Source: Zygophlyctis sp. KS116 (Eukaryota > Fungi > Chytridiomycota). From it: a stretch of 5,323 nucleotides of DNA. The stretch is from positions 1 through 5,323 of the forward strand of contig BAAFSQ010000484.1 of the NCBI GenBank assembly GCA_054661495.1, read 5' to 3'. The position numbers and the translations under genes are program-made. Position 1 is the stretch's first letter. Each line of letters starts with the position of its first letter. The notes beneath the pieces are model-generated. The model did not search any database and had not been told where the DNA came from. It saw nothing but the letters and a program-made list of their open reading frames with translations. This document shows positions 1-5,323 of this stretch, piece by piece.

Positions 1-205
1 TAGGCCTTTTAATGACTAGGTTTGGGCTAAGCTCTATCTCCTTCAGTTCTTATCCGATTTCCAATATTAAAACTATGCTTTAAAGAACTATTTGAGTAGA
101 TGAGCATACTGAAATTTCACATAATGCGTTTAGAAGATAATTTCATTTGAAGTCATGTTGAAATTTCCTTGTTTAACCTGCTCTGGCGCATCCAATTCTC
201 ATAAT

Positions 206-898
206 CTACTTCTGATCTGATTTCATTTTATCATTTTTTGAGTTTGTTTTAATGAAGTAAGTTTTATCAATTGATTTCTTATCAGCATGGCTATTGCTAA
301 CAAGATCGAACATTTTAATTCTTTCAAGTAGATATGACATTTTAAGAGGATTAACAATCCTTTCCCCAGTTGGAGTAGTAATCATTTCTGACAAGTCAAA
401 TTGAGCGTTGATTGCTAAATATTTTGAACTAGGAATGCTGGCTAAGAATAATTCAATTTGTTCAAGTTCACTGAGTTTTCCAGCAGCGTCCAACAATCCA
501 ACATATTGAGAATGCCACTTGTTATAAAAAGTGTTAATATCCATTCTCTGATCCATTGACAATGATTATGAAGCTTTTCGCTGATTTCGAATTGCTGCTT
601 GAGATTTATCTTCAATGAGTTTCTTCAAAGCAGTAAAGTTTTCTTTAGACGATTTCGTCCAGTCAAAAAAAGATCTAAAATCTGTTGATAGAGCATCATG
701 GATCAATGCTTTCGACAGATTGTCCTTTCTAGTCCAATCTTGATCATCTGATGCTGGCTTTGGGTCTGTTCCGTCAACAATCTTGATCAGATCGTTTCGG
801 TAGAACGCAGATGTAGTATCTTGTATCCATTTGTATCCATTTGTATCCGTTAGTGGAAGACCTAACCCATCCGAATCAAATGAAGTTAAGCTTTTCAA
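206..898 (-). pseudogene. Ty1/copia-type Gag fragment (DUF4219 / Retrotran_gag_2-like), one internal in-frame stop, no ATG, zinc knuckle, pol or LTR visible
   Basis: ORFs 566-898 and 206-562 share one frame, separated by TAA at 566-568 (RKAS*SLSMDQ). The joined protein follows the copia gag pattern: NGYKW..DLIKIVDGTDPKP..DWTRKDNLSKALIHDALS..SSKENFTALKK..KLSELEQIELFLASIP. It is intronless, unlike its neighbours. No CCHC knuckle was seen down to position 1. Confidence 0.8.
821..850 (+). repeat. 3 x 10-bp tandem repeat TTGTATCC(A/G)T
   Basis: 821-830 ttgtatccat, 831-840 ttgtatccat, 841-850 ttgtatccgt. It lies inside the gag frame and encodes TDTNGYKWIQ. Confidence 0.95.
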
Positions 899-909
899 GG
901 CTAAATTAT

Positions 910-2879
910 TTATTTGTCAGTGAAATCAGCAGTTACATATTCAGAGGAAGGGCTGAAATCTTTTTGACTTATATTAATTTATTATTAACTTACCCAAATT
1001 CAATTAAGGGATAATTGTCCCTTAAATTTACGTCTGACATAAATTTTGGTTGATATTTAGACAATTTGACTAAATGTACACAAAGAAATAAAGTCGAAAA
1101 CTTAAAATGATCGCAGCTGCATGTCCATTTGGAAAGATCGTAGAAGACATTTCTATTAGTCATTCTGTCTTGACTATTTTGAATTAAGTACCATTCTTTC
1201 AGCATAGAAGCGAGCCACCCCGGGTTTGTTCTACCTGATTCACTCTGTTTTCTTTTCAAAATAAAAGAAGGTAATAACCACTTACACGTAGCAATTAAAC
1301 AAGTACTTAAATTCTACAAATTAGTATATTTATAGAATACCGGACGTCCAAACATTGAAAAAAAATCTCGTTTGAGAATTCTGAAATGAGATTCAGCAAA
1401 CATTGACGTTCTGTATCTGCATATAAATTTTTCTTGTGCAGATCTTAGCCAGATTCTGCTGGAATCCATGTTGTACCATTCCTTGAAAAGGTAAACTAAT
1501 GTATCAGAAAAGTTTTTTTCATGACAATAGTTTAGCATTTCGTAGCAACATATTGTCCGAATTTCATCATATGACTTGAAAGACCCATCATCGCCTGGAA
1601 TAAGTGGATGCAATAAAAAATGCCGCTTAACCATCTGCAAAATCTCTTCAGTTTCCTTTTGAGAAGTAAGGTGAACTATTTCTGATTGAATTAAAGCGCG
1701 AATATCCAACTTTAGTTTCTGGTCTATAGAATTTTCTCTATTAATTACAATAATAAATTAATTACCTAGTCAAATCTAATAATTGCACTTCTTTAGGATC
1801 GTTTATTCTCCTTTTGATTGCCTTTAAAATATGCCACAGGCATATGTTAATACATGCTTGAGGCCATACTTCCTGTGCTGCCCAAATTTGCCCAATATCC
1901 TTATCCATTTTTACGAAAATGGGATCAATTCCATTATATTTCAGAAGTTTAAACCTAATTTTATGCATCGTGTATTACCATTCTTTGATTGCCATTTTTC
2001 TATGGTTTGCATGAGCCTTTCTCTCCAAATAGAGATAGCTGGCAGGATATCCTTCACCATTGTATAGTACGATTATGACAAATAGTTCAAAGCCTTCACG
2101 ATTCGATTTGAAGGTGGAGTCGACAAAAATATATCTGGAGATCAAATCGATGAAACAAGTATAAAAGCAGATATGCTTTTGAGTAATATTGAGCCTCAAA
2201 GTAGAATAGTTGAATTTTTCCAATATTGACTGTCCACTATCCTCCAAGACAGTATTTGCTCCATTAACTTGTCCCCAAAGATAAAAAATCTATATTTTAA
2301 TCGATAAATGTACCTGATTACGGGTCAAATTGATAATTTCTTCTACTTCCCCTTCAGATTTCAATTCTTTAAAAATTTGTCCTGGAGTTAATGTCAATGC
2401 CATTTCCTTAATTCTTAATCGAACTCTTTCATTGACTTCTTTCTTTACTTTTACATGGTCATTTTTATGCATAACCATAATTGAAATATAATCATCGTTA
2501 GAATGAATAATTAACTTTCCATCGCATTTGAACCTTTCATATCCAAAATTGAGTCTTTTCCTTTTTCTGGGCCTTTCTTCTGATAGTATTCAGATAAACT
2601 ACAAAATCCATCGTTCAGTCTTTTTATCAAATCTATACTTTAATAGATACAAATACCTAAATTTATATCCGTACTTATCCAAAATTAAATCTGATAATTC
2701 TTCTGAAAAATGTTCAATACTTAGTTCGCTAATATCATTCTTGGTTCAATATCAGAAAGATACTAGAAATCATCAACTCTTGCATTTTTTAAACATATAT
2801 TGCACAATTTATTTATCCTTCCCTTTGAGCTAAGATGCTCTATGGGTAGAGTAAACCTGTTACAACTAGCACAGAACAT
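910..2879 (-). CDS. Mutator-like (MULE/MuDR) DDE transposase with SWIM zinc finger, about 600 aa, 8 exons; frameshifts in the 5' part (possible pseudogene or sequence error)
   Basis: ATG at 2879. Spliced protein: CASC..CNIC zinc finger; FCS..ERFKCDGKLII..MHKNDH (WRKY/GCM1-like); LTRNQ|IFYLW; YIFVDSTFKSNREGFELF..GEGYPASY (D1 at 2119-2121); FVKMDKDIGQ (D2 at 1903-1905); CLWH (1831-1842); RHFLLHPLIP; RTSMFAESHFRILK (E at 1392-1394); SWIM WTCSC..FLCVH (1074-1127). Introns at 2740-2763, 2633-2656, 2290-2313, 1955-1978, 1738-1765, 1314-1340 and 968-993. Stop is TAA 910-912, or 990-992 if the last intron is not spliced. The frame is unbroken from about 2572 to the stop. Confidence 0.9.
968..993 (-). 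other. Spliceosomal intron, 26 nt
   Basis: GTAAGTTAATAATAAATTAATATAAG; consensus donor; removal extends the transposase with GQKDFSPSSEYVTADFTDK*. Confidence 0.65.
1314..1340 (-). other. Spliceosomal intron, 27 nt
   Basis: GTATTCTATAAATATACTAATTTGTAG; TACTAAT branch-like motif; removal joins FGRP|NLSTCL in frame to the SWIM exon. Confidence 0.85.
1738..1765 (-). other. Spliceosomal intron, 28 nt
   Basis: GTAATTAATTTATTATTGTAATTAATAG; removal joins two different frames exactly (DLTR|ENSIDQKLKLDIR). Confidence 0.85.
1955..1978 (-). other. Spliceosomal intron, 24 nt
   Basis: GTAATACACGATGCATAAAATTAG; removes a TAA and gives KEW|FKLLKYNGIDPIFVKMDKD. Confidence 0.85.
2290..2313 (-). other. Spliceosomal intron, 24 nt
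   Basis: GTACATTTATCGATTAAAATATAG; removes a TAG and gives LTRNQ|IFYLW. Confidence 0.85.
2633..2656 (-). other. Spliceosomal intron, 24 nt (alternative acceptor gives 19 nt, 2638-2656)
   Basis: AG|GTATTTGTATCTATTAAAGTATAG; stopless in frame, so less certain. Confidence 0.6.
2740..2763 (-). other. Spliceosomal intron, 24 nt (donor uncertain)
   Basis: GTATCTTTCTGATATTGAACCAAG. It needs 1 extra nt upstream to keep frame. A weaker donor 14 nt upstream (38-nt intron) keeps frame without an indel. Confidence 0.5.
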
Positions 2880-2928
2880 AACTATAATATAAAGGGGTAT
2901 ACAAAGGGTTATAAAAGAGGAAAAATTA

Positions 2929-4620
2929 TTAATCTACTAATTCATCCGTTTCGTCCATAAAATCCATTGACTCATCTAATAACAAGGCATCTAGCCTGAA
3001 AAGTTTAAATCGAGCCCTTCCGACTCCAGTTGAATTAAGAACTTAAGAATTAATTTTTTGAAGCTGAAAGATTCTGTCCTATAATTAAAAATCTATCATA
3101 CCCCTTTATTTCTGCTAGATTCACTTGCTAAGTTTGATACTATCCCGAGACCTGCAAGCTTTATTAAATCAAAAGTTCGCTCGATAAGAGATGATTCCAA
3201 CCTTCGTCCTCGCACTAAATCAGAGGCAGTTAAGGTATTTCCCGGACAATAAAGAATCCTTTTTACGTTAAGAATTTCAGCATTAGATGGACAAACAACT
3301 GATTCTTCCAAATCTCTTTCTAAAAGTGATGATTGATGAAAAAAATTGGAATTTTCTATAGCTCCGTCTTTTAAAATAATGCTAACAAAGTAAAAATTAC
3401 CGTTGCTTCATAAAATATGTAGCAAAGTTATATGATTTCTCAAATATATCGTAAGATATTTTTTGGTTTACAAATTGTTTTTTAAAGCCTAAAAGTATTT
3501 AAATGCCTAAATTACATTTTCAAGTACATGTAGCGCCCCTGCAATCCGTAAAATAGTTCCAGGAAGTTTGGAGATTTCCGCGTTCACATTTTCATTTGTG
3601 GAACTCTTTCGAGCATCGCAAAAATATGATCAAATTGAATTTGCCCGCTTTCATCCGCCAAATATACAAATTTACCCCTGTTTGGGGGATGATGATAATC
3701 TCGTATTGAGCTAAACAATTCTTTTTTTAGAATAAATTACACACCTTTAAGAAAATTTGTATCAAAGAATTTTTGCCTAATTTCCTCCATTGAAGAAAAT
3801 TCAACATTACAAGTAGTGATCAGAAAACTAATGTAAAGATAAAGTATTTACCGCTCCAGTAGACCATCATGATTTTGGTCATCTCGATTTAAAAATTTGA
3901 TAACCGTTTCTGGATGTATGCAGCCGATAAAATTCAAAGCGACATTGTCAATCTCCTTAGACCCTCTTGTTTTAGTTATGCATTTAAATTTTCCACCACC
4001 GTGGAAATTCAAGTACATAGAACGAAATTTATTCTCATCTTGACATATTAAAATAAATTAAAATACCTTTTACGCTATATAATTTATTGAAAAAGGACTC
4101 TGCCTCGTTCGCTACATGGAGCATTTCTCCTTGATTATGCATTAACTGATTTGTAAGTCCTTCTAAAGTTCCTTCTAAAAATAACAAATCATAATTTGAG
4201 TCATCGGTTAAGCTTAGACTGGCTCTTAGGGGGTCAATAACAGCTTTTAACACAGGAGACTTTTTGGTGCCTTTGCGTCCGACTTGGAGAGAGAACAAAA
4301 TAATTGGCTCCTGCCAATTAATAGCCTCATCCGCACTAACGTAGACATTAGAACCTATGAGGAGTGAAACTGCATGTAATAAGATTGCCAGGATAGCGAT
4401 TGGATCAACTCCCATTGATTGCCCTATAAATAAATTGATTTCTAAATTACCAATATTTCCTACCAAATCAGCTGTCTTCGAACCACAAACTGATGATGTG
4501 ATGGGAATTATGGCAAGGGAGTCAGTTAATCTTTTATAATTAGGACAAGAACTCTACCTTTCATTGACAATATCTTCTCTTTCAATTTTTAATCTTTTTT
4601 TGGATGGGCTGAATGTAAGT
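2929..4620 (-). CDS. DUF3987/YfjI-like P-loop NTPase (AAA+-type, putative helicase) with probable C-terminal winged helix, about 500 aa; start unresolved; 2 internal frameshifts and 1 internal TAA (possible pseudogene)
   Basis: Spliced motifs: WQEPIILFSLQVGRKGTKKSP (Walker A-like, 4254-4280); EGTLEGLTNQL; MLHVANEAESFF (Walker B-like); RSMYLNFHGGG..TKTRG..LNFIGCIHP; DGLLER|FL (Arg-finger-like, only formed after removing intron 3828-3851); SKLPGTILRIAGALHVLE; KISYDIFEKSYNFATYF; LTASDL..IERTFDLIKLAGLG. Introns at 4531-4557, 4424-4450, 4039-4066, 3828-3851, 3721-3744, 3489-3515, 3382-3400 and 3079-3101. Frameshifts at about 3620-3624 and 3478-3483. TAA at 3043-3045, after which the frame stays open to TAA 2929-2931. 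Confidence 0.8.
3079..3101 (-). other. Spliceosomal intron, 23 nt
   Basis: GTATGATAGATTTTTAATTATAG; gives NKG|DRIFQL. Confidence 0.6.
3382..3400 (-). other. Spliceosomal intron, 19 nt
   Basis: GTAATTTTTACTTTGTTAG; joins YFMKQR|IILKDG in frame with ORF 3096-3311. Confidence 0.6.
3489..3515 (-). other. Spliceosomal intron, 27 nt
   Basis: GTAATTTAGGCATTTAAATACTTTTAG; removes a TAG after LHVLEN. Confidence 0.7.
3721..3744 (-). other. Spliceosomal intron, 24 nt
   Basis: AG|GTGTGTAATTTATTCTAAAAAAAG; removes a TAA and gives FLKE|LFSSI. Confidence 0.75.
3828..3851 (-). other. Spliceosomal intron, 24 nt
   Basis: GTAAATACTTTATCTTTACATTAG; restores the DGLLERFL motif. Confidence 0.9.
4039..4066 (-). 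other. Spliceosomal intron, 28 nt
   Basis: GTATTTTAATTTATTTTAATATGTCAAG; joins two frames (SVKD|ENKFRSMYL). Confidence 0.85.
4424..4450 (-). other. Spliceosomal intron, 27 nt
   Basis: GTAATTTAGAAATCAATTTATTTATAG; stopless in frame; gives LVGNIG|QSMGVDP. Confidence 0.65.
4531..4557 (-). other. Spliceosomal intron, 27 nt
   Basis: GTAGAGTTCTTGTCCTAATTATAAAAG; CCTAAT branch-like motif; removes a TAG and gives VNER|LTDSL. Confidence 0.75.
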
Positions 4621-4922
4621 CTTGAGTAATTTCGTTTCCATTTGAACTGACATTTGTCTTCTTCGCGGTGTCTGAGGATCTCCCATCAACATTTTGAGAA
4701 TAAATGTGGAGAACGCGACCCGAAATGCACCTAAAAAATCGCGTTTTGTTATCTGAATGACGTAATTTTGAATTTTAACCAATCAAATGTCGTTAAATGT
4801 TCCTAATCTCATTTAAATATTCCGAAAGTTGAAAGTTGAAAAATAAAATTTGCTTGAGAGTTGAACCTACGTCATGAAATATTTTTTCGGTCCATTAAGC
4901 TCATATGGACATTAATGTTTCA

Positions 4923-4948
4923 CTACAGAAATCTAAAACAATCCTTAC
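4923..4948 (-). other. Possible spliceosomal intron, 26 nt
   Basis: AG|GTAAGGATTGTTTTAGATTTCTGTAG immediately after the paralogous fragment; no protein-motif support. Confidence 0.45.
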
Positions 4949-4959
4949 CTATAAAGTAC

Positions 4960-5016
4960 CAGCATTTCCCCTTTATTAGTCATCAATTGGTTAGTAAGCC
5001 CTTCTAACGTCCCTTC
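4960..5016 (-). pseudogene. Short paralogous fragment (possibly an exon) of the DUF3987-like gene
   Basis: Translates EGTLEGLTNQLMTNKGEML versus EGTLEGLTNQLMHNQGEML at 4119-4175, 17/19 aa identical. Confidence 0.85.
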
Positions 5017-5051
5017 CTAAAAAATTGTGTTATGTTCAGTTAGGGTTAGGC

Positions 5052-5321
5052 TTAAAAACTGACAAAAGCTTTTCCCTTCTTTTGCTTCTGTTGACACTTA
5101 ATAAATTCACTTATGATTCTAGCATTGACTTTAACTACTTCTCTGAGGGAAACGTCTAGCTTATTGTCCTTTGGTGGTGAGATGTCAACACTTTGCATCA
5201 CAAACTTACTACCAAGGTAGTCTCTCTGACTACTTGCTTGATCTAGTTCAGCACTCTGAGAACTGAATTCAAATGATGATTGAGCATCCTCAAATTCATC
5301 CGTACTACCGTTAGTACTTCG
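5052..5321 (-). CDS. 3' part of unknown Ser/Glu/Asp-rich protein, open to window edge
   Basis: 90-codon open frame RSTNGSTDEFEDAQSSFEFSSQSAELDQASSQRDYLGSKFVMQSVDISPPKDNKLDVSLREVVKVNARIISEFIKCQQKQKKGKAFVSF*. No family recognised. Confidence 0.5.
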   Translation of the reverse strand, partial: RSTNGSTDEFEDAQSSFEFSSQSAELDQASSQRDYLGSKFVMQSVDISPPKDNKLDVSLREVVKVNARIISEFIKCQQKQKKGKAFVSF

Positions 5322-5323
5322 TT

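Larger units (their letters stand above)
910..2879 (-). mobile_element. Mutator-like DNA transposon (termini, TIRs and TSD not identified in window)
   Basis: Defined only by the MULE transposase. Flanking spacers are 49 bp and 11 bp, with no long inverted repeat seen. Confidence 0.7.

Noticed and set aside
1831-2067. Plus-strand 78-aa ORF
   Set aside because: Antisense shadow of the transposase core; no motifs.
2528-2833. Plus-strand 101-aa ORF
   Set aside because: TTG start, antisense to the transposase 5' exons, composition typical of AT-rich non-coding frames.
566-3045. Alternative genetic code (TAA/TAG = Gln, as in ciliates or some aphelids) suggested by internal TAA at 566-568 and 3043-3045
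   Set aside because: Nearly all other stops are explained by GT-AG introns or frameshifts. Long exons encode Gln with CAA/CAG and lack TAA/TAG, and the genes appear to end in TAA. Two point mutations are the simpler explanation.
2889-3109. 12-bp perfect inverted repeat ATAAAGGGGTAT (2889-2900) / ATACCCCTTTAT (3098-3109) as TIR or MITE ends
   Set aside because: Short and not extendable, no TSD seen, overlaps coding sequence and a splice donor; compatible with chance in 5 kb of AT-rich DNA.
4357-4539. Plus-strand 60-aa ORF
   Set aside because: Antisense to DUF3987-like exons; no independent support.
4582-4782. Minus-strand 66-aa ORF as a separate gene
   Set aside because: No motifs. It overlaps the unresolved 5' end of the DUF3987-like gene and may at most supply its start via a frameshift.
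5040-5050. TTAGGGTTAGG telomere-like repeat
   Set aside because: Under two units; equally readable as CCTAAC branch-like motifs on the minus strand.
1-5323. Prokaryotic interpretation (IS256-family transposase, prophage yfjI, operon, CRISPR)
   Set aside because: Spliceosomal introns, SWIM and WRKY-like domains and a copia gag indicate eukaryotic DNA; no spaced repeat array or RNA gene seen.

Overview
AT-rich eukaryotic (fungal-like) DNA. The short ORFs in the ORF track are mostly exons broken by about 16 tiny GT-AG spliceosomal introns of 19-28 nt. Splicing them by hand gives four tightly packed minus-strand units. In transcription order: (1) the 3' end of an unknown Ser/acidic-rich ORF running off the window edge, followed by a short paralogous piece of the next gene; (2) a roughly 500-aa DUF3987/YfjI-like P-loop (AAA+-type, helicase-like) gene with 8 introns; (3) 49 bp downstream, a roughly 600-aa Mutator-like (MULE) DDE transposase with an N-terminal C4 zinc finger, a WRKY/GCM1-like domain, D-D-CxxH-E catalytic motifs and a SWIM finger, with 7 introns; (4) 11 bp further, an intronless Ty1/copia gag fragment with no ATG, LTR or pol. 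Each large gene has a few frameshifts, mostly 1-2 nt shortfalls in homopolymers, and there are two internal TAA codons (3043, 566), so the locus is either decaying or carries sequencing errors. The most notable points are the dense ultra-short introns and the possible MULE + DUF3987 two-gene element. All family assignments come from motif recognition by eye, not database searches.
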